DNA from: Escherichia virus TH54
Sequence record: MT446420.1
Direction: 5' to 3' (one strand)
DNA: 64,000 bases
Each line of letters opens with the position of its first letter. The first letter of the stretch is position 1. The notes under the pieces were generated by a model. The model did no database searches. It had not been told where the DNA came from and saw only the letters and a list, made by a program, of their open reading frames with translations. Positions 41,401 through 51,424 of the stretch are shown one piece after another. Both the position numbers and the translations under genes were made by a program.

Positions 41401-42349
41401 CGGCGGTTCGGACACGACTCGTTCTACCGTGTTTGAAGTCGGTGATGAAACATCTAATCACTTTTATTCGCAACGGAATAATCTTGGTAATATTACTTTT
41501 AGCATCAACGGTACAGTTCAACCGATTAACGTTAATGCATCCGGAACATTGAATGTTAATGGCACGGCAACATTTGGACGTTCGGTGACAGCACAGGGTG
41601 AATTCATATCTTATAGTTCAAACGCATTTAGAGCAATTAGCGGTAATTACGGATTCTTTATTCGTAACGATAATGCTAATATCTATTTTATGCTAACTAA
41701 TTTGGGTGACCAGACAGGTGGTTTTAATGGATTGCGCCCTATCGCGATAAATAATGCCTCCGGTTTAGTAACTATTGGCGAAGGATTAATTATTGCTAAA
41801 GGAGCTACTATTAACTCCGGTGGTTTAACTGTTAACTCAAGAATTCGTTCTCAAGGTACTAAACCTGCTGACCTTTATTCTAGAAAACCTGATGCAGATA
41901 ATACAGGCTTCTGGTCTGTTGAAGTTAATGATTCAGCTACCTATAATCAGTTCCCTGGTTATTTCAAAATGGTTGAAAAAACCAACGAAGTAACTGGTCT
42001 GCCTTATTTGGAGCGCGGTGAAGAAGTTAAATCACCGGGTACATTGACTCAGTTTGGTAACACGCTGAATTCACTTTATCAAGATTGGATTACATATCCG
42101 AATACTGCTAATGCCAGCACGACCCGCTGGACCCGTACATGGCAGCAGAACAAAAACGCATGGTCTGGTTTTGTTCAGGTCTTTGATGGTGGTAACCCGC
42201 CGCAGCCGTCGGATATTGGTGCATTGCCCGCTGATAACGCTTCGATGAGTAACCTGACTATCAGGGATTGGTTAAGAATCGGTAACGTACGTATTGTTCC
42301 GGACCCAGTAACCAAATCCGTTAAATTCGAATGGATTGATACACCATAA
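38450..42349 (+). CDS. 34: long tail fibre proximal subunit gp34
   Basis: 1299 aa; extensive colinearity with T4 gp34 (1289 aa), including the repeated ATQxEVNxGTDD motif series. Confidence 0.95.
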   Translation: MADILKPAFRATSGLDAAGEKVINVAKADFSVLSDGVNVDFFIEENTIQQYDATRGYKKDFAVIYDNRIWVSQREIAEPAGPFVQQYWTATRTDPKWETVASPTRQLRSGEFIAVDSAASFTTFTLPPNPTDGDTIVIKDIGGNTGYNEIKVQSSNVPGQGNQKIVRFGNQFTEVLISKPFSYNMLIFSNRLWQFWEAGNEERGIRIEPSSGKYRTQASDFIMRHYTTAEKITFVLPKYANQGDIVKSVDIDGLGPLYHLDVETFDESSSLGKQGQHSMEFRTTGDGFFVYNATEKLWVPWDGDNKTRLRVIRDSVKLLPNESIIVFGNDNSTSQTINIDLPTGVRSGDVVKIALNYLRKAQTVNIKASATDKIASSVQLLQFPKRSEYPPDTEWVLVDSLTFNGNISYTPVIELSYLEDTVNNVNYWVVAQNVPTVERVDSKDDLTRARLGVIALANQAQANVDHENNPEKELAITPQTLANRVATESRRGIARIANTAQVNQDTTFAFQDDIIVSPKKLNERTATETRRGLAEIATQQETDAGTDDTTIITPRKLQARQGSESLSGIVKYVSTTGTTPAASRITVGTNVYNKNTTTLVISPKALDQYKADQNNQGAVYLATQAEVNAGATNTGFSNSVVTPETLGARRATDANHGLIEIATQAEVNTGTDYTRAVTPKTLNDRKATESLSGIAEIATQSEFDTGTDDTRIATPLKIKTRLNDTARTSVIAASGLVETGTLWDHYTLNILEANETQRGTARLATQLEVNTGTDDKTIVTPLKLMSKKATEGTEGIVRIATRAETIAGTSSVLAVSPVSLKWIAQSEPTWAATTTTRGFAKMSEGAITFVGNATAGSTQALDLYEKNSYAISPYELNKTLGNFLPRLAKAADSDKLDNLDSTQFIRRDIDQTVSGSLTLQKNLRVEGDFACVKTGEFGGSLAANSTFTLRNTGTPTRIVFEKGPASGANPVQSMSIRVWGNQYGGGSDTTRSTVFEVGDETSNHFYSQRNNLGNITFSINGTVQPINVNASGTLNVNGTATFGRSVTAQGEFISYSSNAFRAISGNYGFFIRNDNANIYFMLTNLGDQTGGFNGLRPIAINNASGLVTIGEGLIIAKGATINSGGLTVNSRIRSQGTKPADLYSRKPDADNTGFWSVEVNDSATYNQFPGYFKMVEKTNEVTGLPYLERGEEVKSPGTLTQFGNTLNSLYQDWITYPNTANASTTRWTRTWQQNKNAWSGFVQVFDGGNPPQPSDIGALPADNASMSNLTIRDWLRIGNVRIVPDPVTKSVKFEWIDTP

Positions 42350-42357
42350 GAGGTATT

Positions 42358-43494
42358 ATGGAAAGATTGATGGCAGAATTTGGACAGGGATATGTCCAAG
42401 TTCCCGTGCTTTCTGAAAATAACGCAGTAAGATATAAATTGTCGATTGCAGGGACTTGTACCAAATCGCCAAACTATCCCTACGTTAAGTTTCAAGATGA
42501 GGCCTTCGGGCCTCAAAACTTCCAGAATGGATTAAACCTTATTGAGATTGACCCTGTAACAAATACAATCACTGCAACTAAAAACTATGGCTTCACAAAA
42601 GACTATGATATTATTTCTCAGGCCTTTGTGACTTATATTAATTCCATCCCGGCGGGTAGGATTGTTTGTTTGATATCACAGGGGAAATTGAATGCTTCCC
42701 AAACTTTAATTGATTGGTTCAGAACACATGGCTCGACTGCATTTCCAGATAAGTGGCTGATTGACCAAGTTGATACTTCGTATTCGGCATTTTATATAAC
42801 TGGTCGAAATGCAATCGTTAAAGAGCATGTGCTGTATAACGATGGGGTAACTGTTGAGGATGTATTGACTCCATTGGAAATGGTGTATGACGACTTCGCT
42901 GATGTGGGTGGCACAGGATTTCCTCTGCGCGTCGTGGAAGACGAAAACACATATTACAGTAATAGTACACAAGAAATAAAACGTTTCCCTACAAACTCTC
43001 CTATCACTCCTGCGGCCGATTATAATATGGCTCCGGGTGATACTTTTTACCTGAAGTTTCAGCTGACATATGACCAGGCACTTAAAGACCTCGGAACAAC
43101 TCAGATGTCTGTTCGATTCTTTAATGGACAGACTATGATTCAGTCAAACGATTATGATATTCCTGCTACGGGTCAAGCAAGCCCTCCGGCTGGTGCATGG
43201 ATGACGTTTGAACGTTACGTTGTTGTTCCACCTGGTGCAGATGGATTTACATTATATGCAAGGAAGACCGTGGCTGCTGGACAAGGTGGAGTAAGGAATA
43301 TTTTCTTTACAGAAATCGCTCGCCAAGAAACACAGGCTAAATCCGCAGAAATCGGTGTTAACGGCATAAGAATGGTTGTTGCTGGAGAACCCGGTAATAT
43401 GGGTAATGTTATTGCTCAATTGAATGATAAAAATGCAACAAGGTCCAGTCAGTCTGGATTTGTATTTGCCGCGGAATTCCGTGAAAAAGAATAA
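42358..43494 (+). CDS. 35: long tail fibre hinge protein gp35
   Basis: 378 aa (T4 gp35 372 aa); conserved order 34-35-36-37. Confidence 0.9.
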   Translation: MERLMAEFGQGYVQVPVLSENNAVRYKLSIAGTCTKSPNYPYVKFQDEAFGPQNFQNGLNLIEIDPVTNTITATKNYGFTKDYDIISQAFVTYINSIPAGRIVCLISQGKLNASQTLIDWFRTHGSTAFPDKWLIDQVDTSYSAFYITGRNAIVKEHVLYNDGVTVEDVLTPLEMVYDDFADVGGTGFPLRVVEDENTYYSNSTQEIKRFPTNSPITPAADYNMAPGDTFYLKFQLTYDQALKDLGTTQMSVRFFNGQTMIQSNDYDIPATGQASPPAGAWMTFERYVVVPPGADGFTLYARKTVAAGQGGVRNIFFTEIARQETQAKSAEIGVNGIRMVVAGEPGNMGNVIAQLNDKNATRSSQSGFVFAAEFREKE

Positions 43495-43516
43495 GGACCT
43501 TCGGGTCCTTTTTTCG
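43494..43516 (+). terminator. hairpin terminator after gene 35
   Basis: AGGACC-TTCG-GGTCCT followed by TTTTTT on the plus strand. Confidence 0.65.
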
Positions 43517-43517
43517 T

Positions 43518-43525
43518 TATAAATA
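43518..43525 (+). promoter_or_regulatory. late promoter TATAAATA for gene 36
   Basis: Exact TATAAATA about 26 nt upstream of the gene 36 ATG. Confidence 0.6.
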
Positions 43526-43550
43526 CTCCTATCTAATAAGGGGAACTAAT

Positions 43551-44216
43551 ATGGCCGATTTAAGAGTAGGCTCAACGACTGGCGGGTCAGTAATATGGCA
43601 CCAGGGTAATTTTCCGTTGACGCCGGTAAGCAATGATTTATTTTACAAAACATATAAAGTATATACAGAATTCAATAAACCACAAGCAGCAGATAATGAC
43701 TTTGTTTCTAAAGCAGCAGGTGGTACTTATGCAAGTCAGGTAACATTTAACCAGGGTATTCAAGTTCCTTATGCAGTTAATAATACCAATAAATCGGGTA
43801 TTTTTCCAGGGACAGGCGACGCCGCGACTTTTGATACAGCAAATATAGATATTGTATCTTGGTATGGGATTGGATTTAAATCCTCACAAGGCTCTGCACT
43901 ACGAACCGTAGTTATTAATACAAGAAATGGTGATATTAGCACAAAGGGTGTTGTTTCTGCGGCAGGTCAGGTTCGCACAGATATGAATGCGCCAATTGCG
44001 GCAAATGACTTAACACGCAAAGACTATGTTGATGGATTAATAAATACAGTCACAGCTAATGCTGACTCCCGAGTTCTCCGCAAAGGGGATACTATGACGG
44101 GTTTGCTGACAGCACCTAATTTCGTTTCTCAGAATAAAGGCTCGGCGGATAACCATGTTGCCCGTATTGACCAAGTTGTTCTCAGAGGCACATCAGAAGA
44201 TTTTGGATATTATTAA
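43551..44216 (+). CDS. 36: long tail fibre distal connector gp36
   Basis: 221 aa, same length as T4 gp36. Confidence 0.9.
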   Translation: MADLRVGSTTGGSVIWHQGNFPLTPVSNDLFYKTYKVYTEFNKPQAADNDFVSKAAGGTYASQVTFNQGIQVPYAVNNTNKSGIFPGTGDAATFDTANIDIVSWYGIGFKSSQGSALRTVVINTRNGDISTKGVVSAAGQVRTDMNAPIAANDLTRKDYVDGLINTVTANADSRVLRKGDTMTGLLTAPNFVSQNKGSADNHVARIDQVVLRGTSEDFGYY

Positions 44217-44224
44217 GAGGCACT

Positions 44225-47200
44225 ATGGCTACTTTAAAATCGATACAATTTAAAAGAAGTAAAATAGCAGGAGCCAAGCCTACTGCAGCTCAGTTAGATG
44301 AAGGTGAACTGGCAATTAACTTAAAAGATAAACTTATTTTTACTAAAGATGATGTTGGTAATATTATCGACCTTGGATTTGCTAAAGGTGGTACAGTTGA
44401 TGGCAATGTTACTATTAACGGCCTTTTAACTCTTAAAGGTGATTACACTCAAACTGGTGGAATGCAAGTAACAGGGGATATTTACTCTGGAGCTGGGATG
44501 AGTGCAGCTGTTTACCGCGCAAGAAATGGTTCTTTTTATTCTCGTGCGCAAAATGACACGTCTAATGCCCACTTGTGGTTTGAAAATACAAATGGTTCTG
44601 AACGAGGAGTGCTATATGCCAAACCACAACTTGAAAATGAAGGCACTATTACCATGCGCGTTCGTCAAGGTACAGCAGCAGGTGCCGGCAATATAGAATT
44701 CCATTTTATTTCTTCTGGTGGTGGTATTTTTCAGGCCCCTATTTTAAAGGCTACTACGTCAATTAACGCGCCTACTATTAGTGTCAATAGTATAAGCCAT
44801 GATTCTAAATCGTTCGGTACCTACGACAGCCAATCTTTGGTTAATTATGTTTATCCAGGTACAGGCGAAACGAATGGTGTAAACTATCTTCGTAAAGTTC
44901 GTGCCAAATCCGGCGGCACTATGTGGCATGAGCTTTGTACTGCTCAATTAGGCCAAGCTGATGAAATGTCTTGGTGGACAGGCAATACTCCACAGTCAAA
45001 GCAATACGGTATTCGAAATGATGGCCGAATGATAGGTAGAAACAGTCTCGCATTAGGTACTATGACTACTGATTTTCCATCTAGTGATTATGGTAATGTC
45101 GGGGCACTTGGAGATGTGTTCCTTGCTTTAGGCGATAATGGCACAGGTTTACGTTATCAAAAAACTGGTGTATATGATTTAGTTGGTTCTGGATTATCCG
45201 TTGCATCTATTACTCCCGATAGTTTCCGTAGTACTCGTAAAGGTTTATTTGGACGTTCAGAAGACCAAGGCGCAACTTGGATTATGCCGGGCACAAATGC
45301 CGCATTTTTATCAGTTCAAACACAGGCTGATGCGAATAATGCAGGTGATGGTCAGACGCATATTGGCTATAACTCCGGTGGAAAAATGTCGCACTATTTC
45401 CGCGGTAAAGGTCAAACCAATATTAACACTCAAGAAGGCATGGAACTTAACCCAGGTATTCTTAAACTGGTAACTGGCGCAAATAATGTAATGTTTTATG
45501 CCGATGGTGGTATTACTTCCACTAAACAGTTATCGATTTATAATGGTGTTTATCTTGCGGCTAATAACTCAACAGCAGGTTTGACTTTTTCAGCAACTAC
45601 CACGATTGATGGCACCAAACAAATTCTTTGGGAAGGTGGCACTCGTTCAGGGCAGAATAAGAGTTATGTAACTGCTAAAGCATGGGGTAATGCTAATAAT
45701 GCGACTGGTGATAAATCTCGTGAAACTGTGTTTGAAGTTGGCGATGGACAAGGATATCATTTTTATTCACAACGTGTGGCTCCTGCTTCAGGCTCAACAA
45801 CAGGCCCAATTCAATTCCGTATTGCTGGTGCTTTATTAACTTCTGGTGGTATTACATCGTCTGGTTCTATTGTTACAGAATCAAGTCTAGTTGCTAATAA
45901 CGGATTGTCTGTAAATGGTCAAGCCAAATTTGGCGGAACCGCTGATGCATTGAGAATTTGGAACGCCGAGTATGGTGCTATTTTCCGCCGTTCGGAAGCA
46001 TCACTGCATATTATCCCGACTCCTAAAGATGCAGGTGAATCTGGTGGAATAAGTAATCTTCGCCCATTAAGTATCAGCCTTAATAATGGTATGGTGCAAA
46101 TGCGTCATTCCGTTACATTAGGTGACGATGGCGTTGGCGGCAATATGATTACTGTGGATAACGACAATAAACTTGTTGTTTTGACTTCTAATTCACGTAT
46201 AAGTCCAAATTTCCGTATGCAAATAGGCCAGTCATCTTATATTGATGCTGAATGCACTGACGCGGTTCGTTCAGCTGGGGCTGGTTCATTTGCTTCACAG
46301 AATAATGAAAACGTTCGTGCGCCATTCTATATGAATATTACTAGAACTGATACTAGTACTTATGTTCCTATTTTAAAACAACGTTATGTTCAAGGAAATA
46401 GCTGTTATTCTTTAGGAACTTTAATTAATGGTGGTAACTTTAGAGTCCATTATCATGAAGGTGGTGACGGCTCGACAACCGGTGCAGCTGTTGCTGATTA
46501 CGGATGGGAATTTGGTAGAGATGGTTCTTTTAGAACGCCTAATAAACTAGTAGTTAATAGCGTCACAATTGGCACTGATGGCAATATCACGGGCGGTTCT
46601 GGTAATTTTGCTAACTTGAACACTACTTTAGACCGTAAAGTTAATGTTGGCACTTGGTCTGGTAGTTCAACTGCAGGTTGGTATAAATTTGCTACTGTAA
46701 CTATGCCACAGTCAGTATCAACCGCTCAATTTAAGATTATAGGTGGTAATGGATACAATGTAAATTCACCAGAACAGGCTACAATTACTGAAGTAGTTCT
46801 TCGTACCAGCAATAACAATCCTAAAGGTATTAACGCAACTTTATGGGGCCGCACGGGTAATGGATTTACTAATATAGCAACAATTAATACCTCCGGTGAT
46901 GATTATGATGTTTATCTGTATGCTGGGACTTATGCAGACAAACTTATAGTTGAATATGACGCCACAGAAAATACCAGTAATATTTCGGTAATTGGACTTA
47001 ATGGTGGGTATCAAACACCTGTAGCAGAATTACCTACCGGCCATCTGCGTGGACAAGTGTATATGATGTACTCTGATGCTCAGATACCTTATCCGGTTGG
47101 TGCCCCGATTCCATGGCCAAGTGATTCAGTTCCTGCTGGATTTGCTTTAATGGAAGGTCAGACCTTTGATACTGCAGCTTATCCTAAGCTTGCTGTTGCA

Positions 47201-47845
47201 TATCCTACAGGTACTATTCCGGATATGCGTGGGCAGACTATCAAGGGTAAGCCAAGCGGTCGCGCAGTGTTGAGTGCAGAAGCTGATGGTATTAAGTCTC
47301 ATAACCATGGCGCATCTGCTTCAAGTACTGACTTGGGTACTAAAACCACATCAAGCTTCGACTATGGTACTAAAACATCTTCAAGCTTTGATTATGGTAC
47401 TAAGACCAGCAATACAACAGGTAACCATAACCATACAGTAAGTGGTACTACCAGTTCAGCCGGTGCTCACCAGCACGCTCGTTCAGGTCCGCAGCTTTCT
47501 AACGGTATATCTACTAATATTTTCCCTGATGGGTACAGTGATGTTGGAACCAACTACAACTCAAAATTTAGTGGAACAGTTATAGGTAGCTCGGTGCCGT
47601 GTATCATTGGTAAAACATCAAATGATGGTGCTCATACTCACACTTGGTCAGGTACTACTAGCACTACAGGTAACCATGCTCATACTGTAGGTATTGGTGC
47701 TCATACCCATACGGTAGGTATCGGTGCTCACACTCATACTGTAGCGATTGGTTCTCACGGACATACTATCACTGTAAATAATACAGGTAATACAGAAAAC
47801 ACGGTTAAAAACATCGCTTTTAACTATATCGTTCGCTTAGCATAA
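44225..47845 (+). CDS. 37: long tail fibre distal subunit gp37 (receptor-recognising tip with His-box repeats)
   Basis: 1206 aa; C-terminal His-x-His repeats (GAHTHTVGI x3, GNHNHTV, GAHQHA) as in the iron-coordinating needle of T4 gp37; longer than T4 gp37 (1026 aa). Confidence 0.92.
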   Translation: MATLKSIQFKRSKIAGAKPTAAQLDEGELAINLKDKLIFTKDDVGNIIDLGFAKGGTVDGNVTINGLLTLKGDYTQTGGMQVTGDIYSGAGMSAAVYRARNGSFYSRAQNDTSNAHLWFENTNGSERGVLYAKPQLENEGTITMRVRQGTAAGAGNIEFHFISSGGGIFQAPILKATTSINAPTISVNSISHDSKSFGTYDSQSLVNYVYPGTGETNGVNYLRKVRAKSGGTMWHELCTAQLGQADEMSWWTGNTPQSKQYGIRNDGRMIGRNSLALGTMTTDFPSSDYGNVGALGDVFLALGDNGTGLRYQKTGVYDLVGSGLSVASITPDSFRSTRKGLFGRSEDQGATWIMPGTNAAFLSVQTQADANNAGDGQTHIGYNSGGKMSHYFRGKGQTNINTQEGMELNPGILKLVTGANNVMFYADGGITSTKQLSIYNGVYLAANNSTAGLTFSATTTIDGTKQILWEGGTRSGQNKSYVTAKAWGNANNATGDKSRETVFEVGDGQGYHFYSQRVAPASGSTTGPIQFRIAGALLTSGGITSSGSIVTESSLVANNGLSVNGQAKFGGTADALRIWNAEYGAIFRRSEASLHIIPTPKDAGESGGISNLRPLSISLNNGMVQMRHSVTLGDDGVGGNMITVDNDNKLVVLTSNSRISPNFRMQIGQSSYIDAECTDAVRSAGAGSFASQNNENVRAPFYMNITRTDTSTYVPILKQRYVQGNSCYSLGTLINGGNFRVHYHEGGDGSTTGAAVADYGWEFGRDGSFRTPNKLVVNSVTIGTDGNITGGSGNFANLNTTLDRKVNVGTWSGSSTAGWYKFATVTMPQSVSTAQFKIIGGNGYNVNSPEQATITEVVLRTSNNNPKGINATLWGRTGNGFTNIATINTSGDDYDVYLYAGTYADKLIVEYDATENTSNISVIGLNGGYQTPVAELPTGHLRGQVYMMYSDAQIPYPVGAPIPWPSDSVPAGFALMEGQTFDTAAYPKLAVAYPTGTIPDMRGQTIKGKPSGRAVLSAEADGIKSHNHGASASSTDLGTKTTSSFDYGTKTSSSFDYGTKTSNTTGNHNHTVSGTTSSAGAHQHARSGPQLSNGISTNIFPDGYSDVGTNYNSKFSGTVIGSSVPCIIGKTSNDGAHTHTWSGTTSTTGNHAHTVGIGAHTHTVGIGAHTHTVAIGSHGHTITVNNTGNTENTVKNIAFNYIVRLA

Positions 47846-47866
47846 GGAGAGGGGCTTCGGCCCCTT
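47846..47866 (+). terminator. hairpin (GGGGC-TTCG-GCCCC) between genes 37 and 38
   Basis: GC stem with TTCG tetraloop and short T-run immediately after the gp37 stop. Confidence 0.5.
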
Positions 47867-47872
47867 TTGAAT

Positions 47873-48418
47873 ATGAAAATTTATCATTTTTATTTTGACA
47901 CAAAAGAATTTTACAAAGAAGAAAATTATAAACCAATTAAAGGATTGGGTCTTCCTGCACATTCAACAACTAAAAAACCTTTAGAACCTAAAGAAGGATA
48001 TGCGGTTGTATTTGATGAACGCGTTCAAGATTGGATTTATGAAGAAGACCATCGCGGTAAGAAAGCATGGACTTTTAATAAAGAAGAAATCTTAATAGGC
48101 GAAATAGGAAGCCCAGTTGGTATAACTTTCGATAAACCTGGTGAGTTTGATTTATGGACAGACAATGGTTGGAAGGAAGACGAAACATATAAACGAGTAA
48201 TGATTCGTAATAGAAAAATTGAAGAGTTATACAAAGAATTCCAAGTATTGAGTAATATGGTTGGAGCCTCAGTCGCCGATAAGAAAGAAAAATTCTATCA
48301 CCAGAATCTTAAACGTTTCTTTGCTCTTTTAGAAAAACACGAACACCTTGGTGGTGAATTCCCGGCTTGGCCAGAGAAAGAGAAAAAATCATTCTTCAAA
48401 AGATTGTTTAAAAAATAG
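47873..48418 (+). CDS. 38: tail fibre assembly chaperone gp38 (T4-type)
   Basis: Track ORF begins at TTG 47867; ATG 47873 gives MKIYHFYFDTKEFYKEENYKP..., near-identical to T4 gp38 from memory. Confidence 0.88.
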   Translation: MKIYHFYFDTKEFYKEENYKPIKGLGLPAHSTTKKPLEPKEGYAVVFDERVQDWIYEEDHRGKKAWTFNKEEILIGEIGSPVGITFDKPGEFDLWTDNGWKEDETYKRVMIRNRKIEELYKEFQVLSNMVGASVADKKEKFYHQNLKRFFALLEKHEHLGGEFPAWPEKEKKSFFKRLFKK

Positions 48419-48432
48419 TAGCACAAAAGCAT

Positions 48433-48440
48433 TATAAATA
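48433..48440 (+). promoter_or_regulatory. late promoter TATAAATA for holin gene t
   Basis: Exact TATAAATA about 19 nt upstream of the t ATG. Confidence 0.55.
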
Positions 48441-48458
48441 TCTTTAAAGGAGAAAAGT

Positions 48459-49112
48459 ATGGAACCAAAAGTAGGAATATCAATACCCGACCTACTTTTT
48501 GGACTTCTTGATAGAATTTTTAAAGATAATGCGACCGGGAAAGTTGTTTTTTCCCGGGTACTAGTTATTGTTCTATTATTTTTAATGGCGGTAATCTGGT
48601 ATAAAGGTGATGCAATTTTAGATGCGTACAGGGATGCTTCATACGCCTCGTACACTGAAATGATAAGGCAAGACCAGGATAACAGATTTAAAATTGCAGC
48701 TATCGAGCAAATCCAGATAGTCCACTCGTCAAGTGGGGCAGACTTTACAGCAATATATTCTTTTAGACCAACTAACCTTAACTACTTCGTGGATATGGTG
48801 GGATACGAGGGGATATTACCTGATACAGTCGATGAAAAAAACTTGGGTGGGTTTCCAATAGATAAGACTTCAGCGGAATATTTGGCGGGGGTTAATGGTA
48901 ATTATTTCGAATCCAGTACGGAATCTGTATTCTTACCAACAAAGAAAAAAAGCAGCTTCACATATATGTTCAGCTGCCCATTCTTTAATTTGGAAAACGT
49001 TTACGCAGGTACAGTCTCACTGTACTGGTATAAGCAAAAACCCGACCTTGGTTTTGATAGGCTTTCTGCTATGTGTGGACAAGCAGGTCGTACGCTCGGG
49101 CGTACACGTTAG
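48459..49112 (+). CDS. t: holin T
   Basis: 217 aa; N-terminal LLFGLLDRIFKDNATGKV, single transmembrane domain and large periplasmic domain as in T4 T. Confidence 0.9.
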   Translation: MEPKVGISIPDLLFGLLDRIFKDNATGKVVFSRVLVIVLLFLMAVIWYKGDAILDAYRDASYASYTEMIRQDQDNRFKIAAIEQIQIVHSSSGADFTAIYSFRPTNLNYFVDMVGYEGILPDTVDEKNLGGFPIDKTSAEYLAGVNGNYFESSTESVFLPTKKKSSFTYMFSCPFFNLENVYAGTVSLYWYKQKPDLGFDRLSAMCGQAGRTLGRTR

Positions 49113-49384
49113 AATCCGGAGGTATACATCATAAGATAACGGTGTATATCTTCGAATCCTTCGTTAAATTGTTCAATGATTTGTTCAATTTCATCTTCAG
49201 ATAAACTTTTAAACAACTTGTTAAACGATACATTGTTCAACTCATTCCCATTCTCATTTCTCAATCCCAACTCATTCAAAAACGCGATAAACACATCACG
49301 CTTCATCGTAATATCTTCCCGGTCGGTTTTAATCAAAATTGAAGTTATAGTAACAATTTCAGAAACGATTTCAAATTTAGTCAT
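49109..49384 (-). CDS. asiA: anti-sigma70 factor AsiA
   Basis: 91 aa; FIAFLNELG and EQFNEGFEDIHRYLMMYT blocks match T4 AsiA. Confidence 0.88.
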   Translation of the reverse strand: MTKFEIVSEIVTITSILIKTDREDITMKRDVFIAFLNELGLRNENGNELNNVSFNKLFKSLSEDEIEQIIEQFNEGFEDIHRYLMMYTSGF

Positions 49385-49442
49385 TTTAATTTACTCAAGT
49401 ATTCAATAAGACATTCAATTGTTCAGTAAGAATATTATACTA

Positions 49443-49607
49443 TTATTCCTCTGGGTTGTACACATGATTTTCCATCTGTACAACATATTCCTGATACATC
49501 TGTTCAACTGGTTCCTGAAACTTAAAATCTGCTCCAAGGAATTCACCAAAGCAATCATGCTCGCGTGCACGCTGACCAGTGATGGTGTTCTCTAAGTTAT
49601 GACTCAT
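49443..49607 (-). CDS. hypothetical small protein (54 aa)
   Basis: Hand-translated MSHNLENTITGQRAREHDCFGEFLGADFKFQEPVEQMYQEY...; GAGGAA SD; ATGA overlap with the upstream gene stop. Confidence 0.4.
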   Translation of the reverse strand: MSHNLENTITGQRAREHDCFGEFLGADFKFQEPVEQMYQEYVVQMENHVYNPEE

Positions 49608-49894
49608 AGTGATTCCTCGATGTAATCTTCTAAACCAAAATCATCAATTTCTTCTTGAATTTCTCTTAATACTTGTTCTTCATCTAGACCAGGACCAAAA
49701 ATCACTTTAGCGTAGCCGGGTCGTTCACTAGAGAATCGAATTGTATATTCCGGTTGAATATAGCCAAAGCTGCTATCCAAATCACAAAGAATTTCTGCAT
49801 AGATTTCGGCTGGAACTGAAGCACTGATTTTAAAAAGCTCATCAATAAGAATAACCAATTCAGTTGCTTGATATGTATGGAGTTTAGTAATCAT
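49604..49894 (-). CDS. arn: Arn-like anti-restriction protein (probable)
   Basis: 96 aa strongly acidic protein at the T4 arn position between asiA and motA; assignment by position, size and composition only. Confidence 0.45.
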   Translation of the reverse strand: MITKLHTYQATELVILIDELFKISASVPAEIYAEILCDLDSSFGYIQPEYTIRFSSERPGYAKVIFGPGLDEEQVLREIQEEIDDFGLEDYIEESL

Positions 49895-49983
49895 AGCCTT
49901 TACCCTTATGTTTCTGTTTGCGATTGGACTCTTTAAAATTTTTCTTCTTGTCCTTATGGACAGATGCCTTATTGAAATCGTGT

Positions 49984-50265
49984 TTAGCTACCAGATTGTT
50001 CATGCAATTTCCTTAATTGATATTCCAAAGAGCCAATAATTTCTTTATTAGTAGCAATATACATATCACGCAAGAATGGCTTTAGGCCTTCCATATTTCC
50101 ATGAATTGTCTTGGAACTAATATTCTTTATATATTCATGGTCTAATGCATCCCAGGCCGGTTGGTTGACATAAGTTCCCCAGTTGTCTTCCAGCATAACA
50201 TTCAGACGTTTAATATGGTTAATATGGGCTTCGATTGCATCAATCTGGAGTTGTTTAAGATTCAT
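49984..50265 (-). CDS. hypothetical protein
   Basis: 93 aa ORF in the arn-motA variable cluster. Confidence 0.5.
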   Translation of the reverse strand: MNLKQLQIDAIEAHINHIKRLNVMLEDNWGTYVNQPAWDALDHEYIKNISSKTIHGNMEGLKPFLRDMYIATNKEIIGSLEYQLRKLHEQSGS

Positions 50266-50753
50266 TAGTAAAGGTCCTCAGAGTAAAGTTCTTTTTCACT
50301 ACCACCACGTTCAATACGCACTTGATTTGCATAAGTCGCAATAATCATTGCTTCTTCACGGGTCCAGTAATTGCTGTATTGGTCAATGAATCCTTGATTA
50401 TCACCACAAACATGGTCTGATACAAGTTTATCACTTACCTGGTCAAGCACTTCTGCCATATCTTTTGAATAATGTCTGGCGCCAGGAATAACCAAAGTCC
50501 CGCCATCTTTTAATCTAAAGCGGTTGGCAGCGCATACAATTCGTCGCTGATATTTTTCATTGTTGTTCCAATGAGCAATCTGCCAACAGATTTCTGGGAC
50601 TTCTTCTAAAACATCTTCTTCTGTATATTCTGTATAGTCGCCGGATGCCTGTAATTTAGCTGCTAGACTTTCAGGTGTCTCACGAGAAAGAGCTTTATCC
50701 AATAAAGCCATACGGTCTTTAAAAGATAATTCTTTACCTTTTAATGGATTCAT
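50265..50753 (-). CDS. hypothetical protein
   Basis: 162 aa ORF; contains [22 protein letters not shown] segment; no confident family assignment. Confidence 0.55.
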   Translation of the reverse strand: MNPLKGKELSFKDRMALLDKALSRETPESLAAKLQASGDYTEYTEEDVLEEVPEICWQIAHWNNNEKYQRRIVCAANRFRLKDGGTLVIPGARHYSKDMAEVLDQVSDKLVSDHVCGDNQGFIDQYSNYWTREEAMIIATYANQVRIERGGSEKELYSEDLY

Positions 50754-51097
50754 TTGATAATCACCTTATAACCATTATATTTCACGAATTCATGAATTTT
50801 ATCACCAATACCAATCAACTCGCCTTTATCAGAAGAAGCCAATTTGATATCAACTGTTTGACATACACCAAATGAAGTTATGGATACTTTTTCTATAGTA
50901 ATAATCTCAAGAAAACGTGATAACTGCATACCAAACTCAAGAGGAATATTATCAATTTGGAGATGAAGGTTATAAATTACCTTAATACCATTCACCAGGG
51001 CACAACGTTCATCCCAAGCGTTACGTTGCTCTTCAATCAATTTAAGGGAATGGCCTTCGCCATCCCAATTTAGTTCCATAGGAATCATTTGAACCAA
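50750..51097 (-). CDS. hypothetical protein
   Basis: 115 aa ORF; 4-nt overlap with the downstream gene. Confidence 0.55.
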   Translation of the reverse strand: MVQMIPMELNWDGEGHSLKLIEEQRNAWDERCALVNGIKVIYNLHLQIDNIPLEFGMQLSRFLEIITIEKVSITSFGVCQTVDIKLASSDKGELIGIGDKIHEFVKYNGYKVIIK

Positions 51098-51417
51098 CCT
51101 TTAACACGTTGCCACAGACTTTTCTGTTGAGCTTTATTAACACCAATTGAGCGAATAACTGGTTGTGATTCCAGGTATTCTTTATAGTCAGCTTTATAGA
51201 CTTCATATGCTGCTGGAACAAAGGCGCCAATCGCTGCCATGAAGTTCTTGCGCGCGCCAAATGGAGCTACTGCATCGTCCTGGCGATGGATAAGATACTG
51301 ACCAGCTTTGACCTTGACAATAGTCCCAAGGTAAGCGCCATGATACCAAACATCCCAACCCTCTTGAGTAGGTTCTACGCAAGCACGCAATTCATTAACA
51401 ATATTCAGCTTATTCAT
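51085..51417 (-). CDS. hypothetical protein
   Basis: 110 aa ORF. Confidence 0.55.
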   Translation of the reverse strand: MNKLNIVNELRACVEPTQEGWDVWYHGAYLGTIVKVKAGQYLIHRQDDAVAPFGARKNFMAAIGAFVPAAYEVYKADYKEYLESQPVIRSIGVNKAQQKSLWQRVKGWFK

Positions 51418-51424
51418 AATTTCC

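Noticed and set aside
47280-47790. Tandem nucleotide repeats in the 3' part of gene 37, considered as a possible CRISPR-like or satellite repeat
   Set aside because: Repeats are in frame, encode His-x-His units inside a continuous gp37 ORF, and have no spacer structure; they are protein-level repeats
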